Source: Pristiophorus japonicus
Taxonomy: Eukaryota
Reading direction: 5' to 3'
NCBI RefSeq assembly: GCF_044704955.1
Contig: NC_092003.1
Location: forward strand, 4,092,001-4,156,000
Length of the DNA: 64,000 nucleotides
The translations under genes were made by a program, and so were the position numbers. A model generated the notes under the pieces. The model saw only the letters and a list, made by a program, of their open reading frames with translations, was not told the DNA's origin and made no database searches. Below, in pieces: positions 1-12,316 of the stretch. The number at the start of each line of letters is the position of its first letter. The first letter of the stretch is position 1.

Positions 1-362
1 GGAGAGCAAAAATTCAGTGTATGAACGATTATGCAGGCCACTTTTCCGAGGTACAGTGCAATGAAAATTTAACAGTCAAAATAATTCAAGCCCTTCATAA
101 CAGGTATGACACTTTCTCCCCCCTTCTCTTTCAAAGCCCCATCAAGCACAATTCCCAAGAGTGCAGACAAGTGACCTTCTCCAGGGCCACAACACAGACT
201 GGTGCCAGATGGGTCATGACCCCCGATGGGGCCTTCTGATGACCCAGAGGACAAGAATGCATTAAGGATAAGAAAATAAAGCATTGCTACAATGTCCCAC
301 CACTCGTGTGGTCTAGCCGCATTCAACAAAAACAGCTAAATATAATTTACTGCAATCCTCAC

Positions 363-489
363 CTGCTTTGTTGGTTAAATAGGTCATAGTTGTGGGGTCA
401 AATTCTGCTGCCAGATCATAATGCTTCAATGCAGTTTCAAAGTCCTTTTTTTTGTAGGCATCATTACCCAATTCTTTCTCTTTCAATGC
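363..489 (-). CDS. STIP1: STIP1 (HOP) coding exon 6; gene continues beyond window start
   Basis: cag|GCATTG...GCAG|gtgagg; 127 nt; translates [42 protein letters not shown], the start of the TPR2A domain; phase 0 in, phase 1 out. Confidence 0.96.
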
Positions 490-588
490 CTGAGGATTAA
501 TTTAAAATTACATATTTAGGACAATAGTGGGAATGAGTGAGGTAAATGAATCAGGATAGCCCGAGGGCCCCTTTAGATGGTACGGTAC

Positions 589-751
589 CTTCTTTTTATT
601 TTCAGGGAGGTCCTCCTCCATTGGCTCTGGTTTACTTTCCGTTTTGCTTCGAGGTGGGGGTGGAGACGGAATGTCCTCATCCTCAGTGCCTTGCAGATCA
701 ATTCCAAGCAAAACACTTAGAGTGGTCATAACTCTGGGATCTTGTAGTCTC
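589..751 (-). CDS. STIP1: STIP1 coding exon 5 (DP1 end and proline-rich linker)
   Basis: ctcag|G AGA...AAG|gtaccg; 163 nt; RLQDPRVMTTLSVLLGIDLQ...KPEPMEEDLPENKKK; phases join exons 4 and 6. Confidence 0.96.
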
Positions 752-1169
752 CTGAGAAAGCGAAGGACACCAGCTGCTAACTGCACAGTTAACAAACGCG
801 CACTTGGCTCCTCACTGGAAGAGGCAGCCACAGAACGACTGTCTACCGTCATGTATTCCGCAGGGTATTAAACATCTGAAATTCTTCAGGCTATTCCAGT
901 CATAACTTTGATACCATTCAAACTACGCTCACTTAAACAGTACCCATTTATTTGGAAGATTGGTCAAATGCACGTTTTAGTTAGAAAAATGTTAATATAA
1001 ATAGGATTCAATATTATAGGTCAGGTCTTCAGTTTTTAAACAACAAGCCTCGCATTACGATTACAGGTTTTTTTTTTTTAAATGGACCGCATTGAACTTA
1101 CATTTTCCATTCCGCTTAGAAAAGAGACAAGACACATACCTCCCTCAAACACCAGTTAAAAATTGGGAC

Positions 1170-1495
1170 TTAAGAACATAACAAAGGAGCAGGAGTAGGC
1201 CATTCGGCCCCTCGAGCCTGCTCCGCCACTCAATAAGATCGCGGCTGATCTTCTACCTCAATCCCACGATCCCCATATCCCTCGATTCCCTTAATATTCA
1301 AAAATCTATCACTCTCTGTCTTGAAGACTGAGCCTCCACAGCCCTCTGGGTTCGAGAATTCCAAAGATTCACCACCCTCCAAGAGAAGAAATTTCTCCAT
1401 CTCCGTCCTAAATGGCCGACCCCTTATTCTGAGACGGTGACCTCTGGTTCTCGACTCCACAGCCAGAGTAAACATCCTCCCTGCATCTACCCTGA
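1170..1495 (-). mobile_element. CR1 LINE 3' fragment
   Basis: ORF piece SRTRGHRLRIRGRPFRTEM and the CR1 3' UTR tail shared with the other CR1 copies in the window. Confidence 0.88.
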
Positions 1496-2048
1496 AAGAA
1501 TGTTACTTCCCCAATGGTTCAGCCATATATAATCCATAGTCTGTGCAGTGTTACCCAATTCAGCCTGGGCAGTGATATGGATGGGTTAGGAAAACAAAGA
1601 AGAGTTTCCCTTCCCAATTGCTAATGAACGATCCCTGATGGCAGTGCATGCGAATCGATGAACCCTCCCCTGTAAATCAATGGCTTGCCAACATGACTCC
1701 TTGGTGACACATGAAGCACTACCAGAGTACAACTAACATGTGGAATTGTACTGTTGAAAGTCAGCATCTTCAGGAGAGGGGCAACAGAGGATAGAGGATT
1801 GGTAAAGAAATTGAAACTTGCCACATTGGTGAAAAGGCATAAGCTGGGGATCATTTCATTCAAAATCCACTGAATTGAACTCACCACCAGATCTTGGATT
1901 GATATCCCAAAGCTATGGATTTATATCTAGAGTTGGAATTAGACATTAGCCAGTATTCTGGATGACGGAGATCAATCTTCGACCGAACTAACTAAACATT
2001 CTCCCGAATGATAATGGAATACCCCGAAGTGGAAGGGACTGCACGTAC

Positions 2049-2190
2049 GTGGCTAGGTCAGCTGGTTTGTTTTTTAACTGTTCAATCATTTCTTTGTAGC
2101 TCGGATCACTCAGCAGTGCCCTTGTCCTGGAGTCGCTCTCCAGCTTCTGGTACAGGTTGGGAGAAGCGAACGGGTTCATGAATTTCTTTT
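2049..2190 (-). CDS. STIP1: STIP1 coding exon 4 (DP1 domain)
   Basis: ttgcag|AA AAG AAA TTC ATG...GCC AC|gtacgt; 142 nt; (E)[46 protein letters not shown](T). Confidence 0.96.
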
Positions 2191-2354
2191 CTGCAAGGAA
2201 AGCAAATCAAATCATATTATTACCATGTCCAATAATAGAACTATTTGGCATTTACAGCATATTTTTGCAGTGAAAATAGGAACCATTCAGTAGTGTGAAT
2301 TAAGCAAAACAGCACTTTTGAAGAGTACAAAAACAAACTTTGAATAGTCTACAG

Positions 2355-2838
2355 ACGCACCAACGTTAGCGTCCTCCATCAGACCAACATCCCCAGCATC
2401 GAAGCACTGACCACACTCGACCAGCTCCACTGGGTGGGCCACATTGTTCGCACGTCTGACACAAGACTCTCAAAGCAAGCGCTCTACTCGGAACTCCTGC
2501 ATGGCAAGCAAGCCAAAGGTGGGCAGAGGAAACGTTACAGGGACACCCTCAAAGCCTCCCTGATAGAGTGCAACATCCTCACCGACACCTGGGAGTCCAT
2601 GGCCAAAGACCAGTCCACCTCAGTGGAGGAAGTGCATCCGGGAGGGTGCTGAGCACCTCTACACTTGTCGCCAAGAGCATGCAGAAATCAAGTGCAGGCA
2701 GCGGAAGAAGCGTGCGGTAAACCTCTCCCACCCTCCCCTTCCCTCAATGACTATCTGTCCCACCTGTGACAGGGACTGTGGTACCTGTATTGGAATGTTC
2801 CGTCACCTAAGAACTCATTTTTAGAGTGGAAACAAGTC
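2355..2838 (+). mobile_element. RTE-clade LINE 3' fragment; its tail resumes at ~4642-4672 after a CR1 insertion
   Basis: Translates WVGHIVRTSDTRLSKQALYSELLHGKQAKGGQRKRYRDTLKASL, then a CPTC zinc-finger remnant typical of RTE ORF C-termini; tail GTGGAAACAAGTC...TTCGATTTCAAGGGACTTCCTATGATGA matches the minus-strand copy at 14.2 kb. Confidence 0.75.
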
Positions 2839-4641
2839 TAGGTCCTCTGTAGGTTCCCTACAGTCAGAATCAGGGGAAGTCATAACGGGGAACAAAGAAA
2901 TGGCAGACCAATTGAACAAGTACTTTGGTTCGGTATTCACTAAGGAGGACACAAACAACCTTCCGGATATAAAAGGGGTCAGAGGGTCTAGTAAGAAGGA
3001 GGAACTGAGAGAAATCTTTGTTAGTCGGGAAATTGTGTTGGGGAAATTGATGGGATTGAAGGCCGATAAATCCCCAGGGCCTGATGGACTGCATCCCAGA
3101 GGACTTAAGGAGGTGGCCTTGGAAATAGCGGAAATGCATTGACAGTCATTTTCCAACATTCCATAGACTCTGGATCAGTTCCTATGGAGTGGAGGGTAGC
3201 CAATGTAACCCCACTTTTTAAAAAAGGAGGGAGAGAGAAAGCAGGGAATTATAGACCGGTCAGCCTGACATCGGTAGTGGGTAAAATGATGGAATCAATT
3301 ATTAAGGATGTCATAGCAGCGCATTTGGACAGAGGTGACATGATAGGTCCAAGTCAGCATGGATTTGTGAAAGGAAAATCATGCTTGACAAATCTTCTGG
3401 AATTTTTTGAGGATGTTTCCAGTAGAGTGGACAAGGGAGAACCAGTTGATGTGGTATATTTGGACTTTCAGAAGGCTTTCGACAAGGTCCCACACAAGAG
3501 ATTAATGTGCAAAGTTAAAGCACATGGAATTGGGGGTAGTGAGCTGACGTGGATTGAGAACTGGTTGGCAGACAGGAAGCAAAGAGTAGGAGTAAATGGG
3601 GACTTTTCAGAATGGCAGGCAGTGACTAGTGGGGCATCGCAAGGTTCTGTGCTGGGGCCCCAGCTGTTTACATTGTACATTAATGATTTAGACGAGGGGA
3701 TTAAATGTAGTATCTCCAAATTTGCGGATGACACTAAGTTGGGTGGCAGTGTGAGCTGCGCGGAGGATGCTATGAGGCTGCAGAGTGACTTGGATAGGTT
3801 AGATGAGTCGGCAAATGCATGGCAGATGAAGTATAATGTGGATGAATGCGAGGTTCTCCACTTTGGTGGTAAAAACAGAGACAGATTATTATCTGAATGG
3901 TGACAGATTAGGAAAAGGGGAGGTACAACGAGACCTGGGTGTCATGGTACATCAGTCATTGAAGGTTGGCATGCAGGTACAGCAGGCGATTAAGAAAGCA
4001 AATGGCATGTTGGCCTTCATAGCGAGGGGATTTGAGTACAGGGACAGGGAGGTGTTACTACAGTTGTACAAGGCCTTGATGAGGCCACACCTGGAGTATT
4101 GCGTACAGTTTTGGTCTCCTAATTTGAGGAAGGACATTCTTGCTATTGAGAGAGTGCAGCGAAGGTTCACCAGACTGATTCCCGGGATGGCAGGACTGAC
4201 ATATCAAGAAAGACTGGATCAACTGGGCTTGTATTCACTGGAGTTCAGAAGAATGAGAGGGGATCTCATAGAAACATTTAAAATTCTGACAGATTTAGAC
4301 AGGTTAGATGCAGGAAGAATGTTCCCAATATTGGGGAAGCCCAGAACCAGGGGTCACAGTCTAAGGATAAGGGGTAAGCCATTTAGGACCGAGATGAGGA
4401 GAAACTTCTTTACCCAGAGAGTGGTGAACCTGTGGAATTCTCTACCACAGAAAGTTGAGGCCAATTCACGAAATATATTCAAAAAGGAGTTAGATGTAGA
4501 CCTTACTACTAGGGGGATCAAGGGGTATGGCGAGAAAGCAGGAATGGGGAACTGAAGTTAGATGTTCAGCCATGAACTCAGTGAATGGCGGTGCAGGCTC
4601 GAAGGGCCGAATGGCCTACACCCGCACCTATTTTCTATGTT
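2839..4641 (+). mobile_element. CR1 LINE, 5'-truncated, frameshifted ORF2 (RT)
   Basis: RT motifs YLDFQKAFDKV, QGSVLGP, FADD across ORFs 2900-4555; CR1 3' tail ending ctattttctatgttt. Confidence 0.96.
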
Positions 4642-5198
4642 TTCTTCGATTTCAAGGGACTTCCTATGATGAATTATAAATCGAGAGACTGCATCATCAG
4701 GAATGGATTGTAACTCGCAACATAGCAGGTTTCTCTCTTCGCCGTCGAGGCAGCAATGAGCTGGAGTGGATCGCTCGCCTGCTTTTCATTCCATTTATTA
4801 CGATGGAATGAAAATCAGGTGCTTCTGTAAAAAGTCTTCCCTGCCAGGGTACTACCCAAACATTGAAGGCAAAAAAAATCTCCCCAGTTCGGTCTAAACA
4901 CCTTAAAAAGCTCTTCATATAACGAAATGCTCCAGTCTGTTGCAAATCCCCTTTTGAGATGGTCGGCCGACTCCCAGGCACTCGAGAGCAACTTGGATTT
5001 TCTTTGCTCGCCAAGCCAAGACTAGCACTGCAGAAATTGCACATGCAAATCTTGTCCTGCTGGGCAGTGCAGCAGCCCTTCACCCCACTTGCTCGGTTGT
5101 TACAATATTTTACTCTGAACCGGAAGGAATCCAATAGAAAGACAAACTGCCAACTCCACCAGACAGACACCGAGAAGCTTCGAAAGCTGGCTTCTTAC

Positions 5199-5340
5199 CT
5201 GCGAGCCTAGCATCCACGTTCTGCATTCCATCCTTCAGCTGCTGGTTTCCGGGTTCGTGTTTTAGTCCCTCCTCGTACGTTTTCTTTGCCTCCTCAAAGC
5301 GATTTAGGAACTCCAAGGCTGCAGCCTTCCTGGAGTAACC
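5199..5340 (-). CDS. STIP1: STIP1 coding exon 3 (TPR1 end)
   Basis: ctttag|GGT TAC TCC...GCA G|gtaaga; 142 nt; [47 protein letters not shown]. Confidence 0.97.
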
Positions 5341-5669
5341 CTAAAGGTGGCACAATTATTAAAACAAATAGTTTCAGGCAGAAGGACTAGAATGCAAGCT
5401 ATAAAGTTAGTGTACAAGTTCAAGGTAATTTGGGTCTTTGCAGAAGAGCTTGTTGATCTTTCAACTGCTCCATCCACTTTTGTCGTTCATGGTTTCAAAA
5501 TGAAGACTGGAGAATCAGGAACCCAGTGGCACAACGTGGTGATTTACAAACACCCAACACAATACTCAGGTAGAAGCTAAAAGTGAAAAGGAGCACAAAT
5601 AGAAAGATTGTTTTTTAAAAACAAGTTTAAAAATTGGGGGTGGGGTAGGAAAGAATTTTTCGTTATACA

Positions 5670-5975
5670 AGGCATTTATGCCCTCAGTACAGCCCTAAAG
5701 AAGCAACACACAATGAACTGCTTTTGAAACAAAGTCACTTTAAATAAAAAGCATACACAGCAACCATTTTCTTTTCACAGAGCAAGGTTTCATAAGTAGC
5801 AATGAGATAAATGCAAGTGTTGGTTGGTGGATGAATGTTGGCCAGGACAATGGAAGAACGGCCTGATTTTCTACCAAAAAGTGCCACAGAATATTTTACA
5901 TTCATCTGGAAAGGCAGCTAGGGCTCATCATCTCATCTGAAATACAGCAGCTCCAACAATGTACCGTTCCTTCAG
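5670..5975 (-). mobile_element. Old, diverged Deu-domain SINE (SacSINE1/AmnSINE1-like)
   Basis: Degenerate match to the Deu core (gttggccaggaca...gtgcca...tctcatctgaaa...agcagctccaaca) seen intact in younger copies at 55.7, 61.4 and 63.2 kb. Confidence 0.6.
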
Positions 5976-6079
5976 TAACCTCGGCTGATATTCCATGGCA
6001 GTGGTGCTCAATCCTGGAGCGAGACTACCACCAGCCAAGCTGATATCTTTATTGTCAACTGTCCATTGTGAACTTTGCT

Positions 6080-6310
6080 CAGTTAGTAGCATGTTCACCA
6101 GAGTTAGAAGTTGTGGGTTCAAGCCCCAATTTAGGTTAAACGCATCAGTGAAGCGCTAACCAAGTGCTGCACTATCAGAGAACATCTCCTTCGATCGAGA
6201 CGTTAACGGTTTGCCTGATCTGGTGGGCCAGGAAAATTTCAAAGACCCGACGGCATTATTTAAGAGGATCTTGGAGTTCCAGTGTCCAGCTGGCAATCCT
6301 CCCTCAACCA
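6080..6310 (+). mobile_element. Old Deu-domain SINE 5' part
   Basis: B-box-like gggttcaagcccc, then gtgctgcactatcaga...gagacgttaac...aaagacccgacggcattattt resembling the Deu core. Confidence 0.55.
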
Positions 6311-6489
6311 ACCAAAGGCATCAAAAACAGAATCGGCTTGCATTCATGGAGCACCTGATCAGATCTCTCAAACATTTTCCAAAGTGCGACAGGTACAACA
6401 AATTACCCGGGAGGTGCACGGACTTATGTAGGCAACCGCGACAACCATTTTGTGCAGAGGTTAAACGCTTTTCCCGAGGGGTAGCCTAC

Positions 6490-6699
6490 CTTGCCCCAGT
6501 CTGGTTTAATTTCAACAGTTTTGCAGCCATCCTCATAGGCTTTCTGATACTCTGACTTTTTGGCATAGGCAGCAGACCGGTTGCTGTACAGTACATGGTT
6601 CTTGGGGTCCAGCTTAATGGCTTCACTGTAACAGATGATGGCATCATCTATCTTCCTGGCACTCAGGGCTTGATTGCCCTTCTCCTTCAGTTCATTCAC
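6490..6699 (-). CDS. STIP1: STIP1 coding exon 2 (TPR1)
   Basis: ctcttag|GTG AAT GAA...GGC AAG|gtaggc; 210 nt; [70 protein letters not shown]. Confidence 0.98.
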
Positions 6700-7719
6700 C
6701 TAAGAGAAAAAGAAAGAGTTACTGTATTCGAACAAGATCCTGGTCTCATCTTGTGTTGCTGCACGAGTCGACCATCCATTACTATTCAACCATATTGGCA
6801 GCTTTAGACCGGAAACTGCACACAGCTGTTTTAACATTACTTTTTGTATTCTCAACATTTCTTCCTTTCATAAAAGATAATCTATGCCTATTTTAGGGTT
6901 AGGGTTAGGGAATATTCAAGCCCAGTTTAATAAAACCTGGTTGTGGGCCTTCCATCAATGAACTGCAGCTGAATAGCAGTAAACAATGTCGCCCAATGGC
7001 AGCTTCTGAACCTGTTGACAACACCAAATCAACCAGCATCACAGCAAGTCCTCTATCCAACAATTCCCCAACCCCAGTCTGGGAATTCACCAGAGAGTCC
7101 TGGACACATACACACCATGGCAGATGCATGTCCTCACCCTATTGGTGAAACATCGAACTTTGGTTCCTCTGGGACAAGCAGATCATAGACATTTACAGCA
7201 CAGGAGGCGGCCATTCGGCCCATCGTGTCCATGTGATGAATGTGGATGCTGGACTTGTACAGGATGCCATTTTTACACACGGAGGTAAAGAGGCATGCCG
7301 GCCGCTTACACCAAACTGCAGCTGTTATAAAGATTCCAGAAAGGCCTCGACATCAACATGTGCAGGATTTAAAAAAAACTTTCATAAGCTATTTGGTCGA
7401 CAATGAATTGGAACAGGATTGAAACAATGTCATTCATTCATTATTGGCTGAAGCTCAACAGAAGTCTTAAGCTGCTGGCCCACTAGATTACACCATTAAT
7501 CCAGTATAGACAGAGCAAAACTTCTCCACATCAACCAGAAACACTATCAATGAAAAGCACCATATTCCGATAAACGCTATAGGAAATTTAACTATTGCTC
7601 CAGTGTCAAGACTTGCTTCATGTACCAAAACCTACGAGCACAGAAAAAGACAACTATAAATTCTAAACATACATTATAAATGTTGCCGATCGTCAGGATT
7701 GACGAAGATTATTTATTCT

Positions 7720-7960
7720 TGGAATGTCAGTATCTATTGTCAATACCTAGTTGACCTGAGGATATTGAGTGTTAACCACATACCGTGGGACGAGAACAAT
7801 TATGTAGGCCAGGCTGGGCAGTTCTCTTCTCTGAAGGACATTAGTGAACTAGTTAGGTTATTACAATAATCCAGCAACTTTCATGTTAATTTCGGAATCC
7901 AGTTTCACACTCCAGCTCAAGGTTACTGGCCCAGTACCAGAACACTAGGCTACTGTACTT
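7720..7960 (-). mobile_element. Old SINE remnant (probably a tRNA-derived shark SINE)
   Basis: Segment gtaggccagg...ttctctgaaggacattagtgaac...tacaataatcc resembles a common chondrichthyan SINE body as recalled; family not confirmed. Confidence 0.45.
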
Positions 7961-10226
7961 GTATCGCTCGAATGGGATGAAATTTAGAAGTCACTTGAAT
8001 TTCATGCCCAAATTTATTAAAACCAACAAGTTTCAAACTCAAACATGTCCCTCTTTCTAAAACCATAGGAACCTTGTTCTCAGGCCGAGATAATGGTTAC
8101 CCAACCTTTTCCATTATAGAAGTGCTGTTTCAAAGCCGACTCCTCTTCAGCCCAAGAGCAAACAAGTTTCCTTAGCAACTACGCTGCTACCAGTGAACAG
8201 GAGATCTAAACCAGGCCGTTAAAATAGTTTCTGTACTCAGAACCATGACAACAAAACCAAACTTTAGCTGCTTGAAGACACCAAATTTGTTACATTACCT
8301 TAATCCACTGCATAGCTTTATTCTAAACTTGTAAACTAAATATACTGGTTACATCCCTGGCACAAACAGAACATAATATGAATCCAGTAGATACATTCAC
8401 CTAATTAAACAGACTCAGCAGGCAACTCATCATTGCTCATGGATATTGGGTTAGGACAGGCCCCTGGATATGTGGCTCCAGCAAACAAGTTGAAAAGCTT
8501 TTGCACTTTTCCTAAAGAGCATTTCCTGCTGATCCTGTGTGGTAAGTCAATTTGGTTGTGTAGTGCTTTCAAATGAACAATTAAATCTGCAAATGTGTAA
8601 CAGACTGGATACACAGACAGATTTGCCATTTGTTTAGGTTAGAGGAGTTGTTCTCCGTATGCCCACTCGCACATTTTCACTGCTAAAACTAGCACCCTTG
8701 CCCTGGCAGCAAAATTGTATATTTGGTTTCTCAAGTGTCTACAATTTTAGTCAAGGTAAGAAAGATGGTCTTTGCAGTGTAAACAGAGAGCCACTCACTC
8801 ACGCTCTGAATAATGTAACAGTGGCAGAGTAATTCAAAAGAAAATATTGACTATTCCACGTTTCCAAAAAAACCATGAGGACATCAAACATGGTTCGTAC
8901 AGATCTAAACAGGAGGGAACGAGGCAGTTCAGCTGGTAAGATACAGAGCAGTCACCTCCAGAACACAGTTTCAAATCCACACCACAAAGTCACGTCTGTC
9001 TACTGACTGCAAGATTTCTGTGTGAAGTGATGGTGGGACGGACAGACATTATTTTTGTCATACTTGCCATGAGCAGCTAATAATTCTACAGCGCAACACT
9101 AACAGCAATTCGAACTGGAGTTTCTCTTGTGGTCAGAGACATCCAACCAGAAAGAGATTTTAAATCAGTAGTGGAGCTAAATTTGGATGGGGACCAAACT
9201 TCGACTCCAAAGTCAACAATCTAATCACCTGTAAAGTAATGACCAGCAACGGTTCAACAAGCCAGAGGATTGAGATTCACATTCAAAATAGAAAAAAGAT
9301 TAACTACTCAAATTTATACACAAATTGTTTAACCAACATTGATCGAAAGAAAATAGAAATAGGAAAACGGATTTATAGCTAAGACACCAACTCTAAAGAC
9401 AAGACCACCAGCTTTCCTTTAAATATATCGCTATTTCGGGTCAGTCTATACTGCAGGGAAAAAACTAGTCTCTCTCTAAAAGTGAGTGTTTGCCTGGTGT
9501 CCAGTTAAATCCATCTGGTTATCGAGTGCAAGCAGAGTGGTCTGATATCCATTATTACATTCAGCACCAACAGTGATACAAGGCCCTACCATATCGCAGC
9601 ATGCTAAAGACAACACCTGTACTGAACAAAGCTGGAGGTTTCCGCTTGCCATTTGTGATGTCAACAAACAACTGCTTTGTAACACAATGGCACTTTGTGG
9701 CCCTATTCTGTATTCACTGACAGGTACAGAGTATTTTACTCTGACCCTCAGCTATCACACCAGATGAATGACCATAATTACATCAATAAGTAACAGCATC
9801 AGAGACATCTGCACAACTTGTCAATTTGATAATCCATTTGATGTTCAACAGCAACTGTGATCCCTGGATCATGAAAAGCTGTAGCAATGTTCAAAATGAA
9901 CTGTCTGCATTTTAGAGATACACATTCAGCAAGAAACAGCTGAAGTGGTGCGAAGGGCCAGTGAACACGTGTGTTCTGTTCTACAGCAAGTCTTGGAGGA
10001 AATCCTGGTGTACAGACACAGCAGACTGGAGACTTGACAGCTCGAAAACCTCTCTGTGGAACAGGAGTGGGAAAAACAGTAATTGGGGCTGTATCTAGTT
10101 AAATCATCCTCTAATTGAAGTAAGCAGGCGCACAGTAAAAATCCGTTGTATGGTTGAGTGCATGCAATGGATGAACTTCCCTCTTCCATAACACATGTCC
10201 TTTGGCTGTGAAGGTGCGTTGGTGTT

Positions 10227-10510
10227 CACTGCCCCCATGTCCTCACTCGCACCCAGTCCCGCTCACCCATCACCCCCCTGTGCTCGCTGCCCCCATGTCC
10301 TAACTCGCACCCAGTCCCGCTCATCCATCACCCCCAAGGCTCGCTGCCCCGTGTCCTAACTCGCACCAAGTCCCGCTCACCCATCACCCCTGTGCTCGCT
10401 GCTCCCATGTCCTAACTCGCACCCAGTCCCGCTCACCCATCACCCCCTGTGCTCGCTGCCCCCATGTCCTAACTCGCACCCAGTCCCGCTCACCCATCAT
10501 CCCCTGTGCT
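10227..10510 (+). repeat. Five tandem copies of a ~56-bp unit derived from L2 ORF2
   Basis: Unit cgctgcccccatgtcctaactcgcacccagtcccgctcacccatcaccccctgtgct; corresponds to the L2 peptide segment VLTRTKSRSPITPVLA just before the LHWLP-type motif. Confidence 0.85.
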
Positions 10511-10918
10511 CACTGGCCTACAATGGCTCCCAGTTAAGCAACGCCTGGATTTCAAAATTCTCATTTTCAAATCCCTTCATGGTCCTCGCCCCTCCCTATC
10601 TATGTAATCTCCTCCAGCCCCACAAGCCCCCCACCTCCCTCCTCTCTAATTTTGCCCTCTTGAGCATCCCTGATTATAAAATCGCTCAACCACTGGTGAC
10701 TGTGCCTTCTGTTGCCTGGGCTCCAAACTCTGGAACTCCCACCCCTCTCCTCCTTTAAGATGCTCCTTAAAACGTACCTCTTTGACCAAAGCTTTGGGTC
10801 ATGTGCTGTAACTTTTTATGAGGCTTGGTGTCAAATTTATTTGTTTTGTCTTAAAACACTCCTGTAAAGCGCCTTGGGACGTTTTACGATGAAGGCGCTA
10901 TATAAATACAAATTGTTG
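10227..10918 (+). mobile_element. L2 LINE 3' fragment
   Basis: WLPVKQRLDFKIL...SLHG..PPYL-like C-terminus, ctctggaactccc, and tail gtaaagcgccttgggacg...aaggcgctatataaat. Confidence 0.8.
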
Positions 10919-11689
10919 AATATACAGTGGTGCAGCATTCTAGAGGAAATGAATAGAAACTACAACTTGGGGGGGGGAGGGGGGGAAAGATCTTCTGGAG
11001 ATTTTCTGGTTATGATTACAGTCGGCAAGAGTGGGACTGACCAACCGGGGGCAATCTCACTCCGCTGGATAGATAACGGAAGAGTCCAGGTTTCAGCCTC
11101 TGCTACTTTTAATAGAGCAATTCTGGAATGCGTGGGGCTGCTTTCCAGTGGTGACGTCACTGGAGATCCCCTTGCAACAAGAAACCTCCGTTTGGTGAGT
11201 CTCTGATGTCAAAAATGATGTAGTTACAACTTTGCAAAAGAGGTTGCAAAAGGCAAGTAAAGCAATTTGAACCAAAAATACTGTCCCTCGAGATTTTCCT
11301 TTCTCTTTGAAGCCAGCAACACTGACACAGACTATCAATAGACCATTAGTGAGGATTGTTGGGGCTACTGCAGGATTACCACCCAAAACACCAACCTACC
11401 TTTCGGTCTTTCAATCATTTTCTATTTCTTTGGAACTACACTTACTAGATTCAATACAAAGAAAATCCAACCATTTGGATAAAGTGGTCAAGATCTAAAA
11501 CCATAATGGAGGGGAAGGTTTTCTTTTTAATGTGAAATGCATGAAAGTGCGCAAAACCTAATGGAGGTCACAAAGCCGAGAGATCACAGCCTCATTCATG
11601 AAGGTGGCAGCTGGGCGATCATTAAAAAAATAATGAAAAAACCCACTGCCGATATTTATTAAAAACACAAAGAATTTTTAAAAGCCTGT

Positions 11690-12025
11690 TGAAAAATACA
11701 AAATCAAAGACTGTTAAAGAAACATTAATGTTAGAATTTAACTCAAAATTATGTAAAAAGAATCAAAATTAAGACTCTTGGAAAAAAAACAAAATTAATC
11801 TAAAAACTCAGAACCAAGATACAGAATTAAGAATTAAGATTCAACATTAGGATTCAAAATTAAAAATTATAAAAAGATTCAAAATTAACTCATACAAAAA
11901 AGCAAATTTAAAAACTCATAATTTAAAAAATATTCAAAATTAAAAGAAGTGTAAAAGCAAAATTAATGTTATAAAAGATTCAAAATTAAGACTTTACCAG
12001 ACTCAAAATTGTGATTTTTAAAAAA
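11690..12025. repeat. A-rich degenerate repeat (tcaaaattaa motif) in STIP1 intron 1
   Basis: About eight near-copies of (at)tcaaaatt(aa) in a very AT-rich tract. Confidence 0.6.
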
Positions 12026-12301
12026 GAGAGAAATGTACATTTTAAAGAAAGACACGAGTTTGGCCTGTGAGCTGGAGGATTGAGTGAAGGGGATGAGCGG
12101 GACTGGGGAAATGGAAGGTGCTGCCCATTCTGGGTGTTGGGATGGAGCAGATTATTGGAGGCTGCGGCCGGCCCATGGATAACCCGCCATCAGCCGGGCC
12201 CAGGACCCCAGCCACAGGGTCCCCTCCTCCTCCCACCCACACCACATTATTACACATTAAATCGCTGTAAGATGTCGAGATGCCGCGGGGTGGCCTCTCA
12301 C

Positions 12302-12316
12302 CTTCACTTGATCCAT
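12302..12316 (-). CDS. STIP1: STIP1 coding exon 1 (MDQ or MDQVK, depending on donor)
   Basis: ATG GAT CAA GTG AAG gtgaga in a CpG island; mammalian STIP1 has a 3-codon first coding exon (MEQ) as recalled; both donors are phase 0 to exon 2. Confidence 0.8.

Noticed and set aside
310-336. Possible STIP1 exon 7 (tttag|CT GTT TTT GTT GAA resembles AVYFE)
   Set aside because: Implied intron is only ~27 nt and a TAG follows within a few codons; the real exon 7 must lie outside the window
5172-5186. HSE-like GAAgcTTC in STIP1 intron 3
   Set aside because: Only two units, far from the promoter, and expected by chance
8920-9140. Possible ancient LF-SINE-like remnant
   Set aside because: Resemblance is only a few short patches from memory; needs an nhmmer search against Dfam
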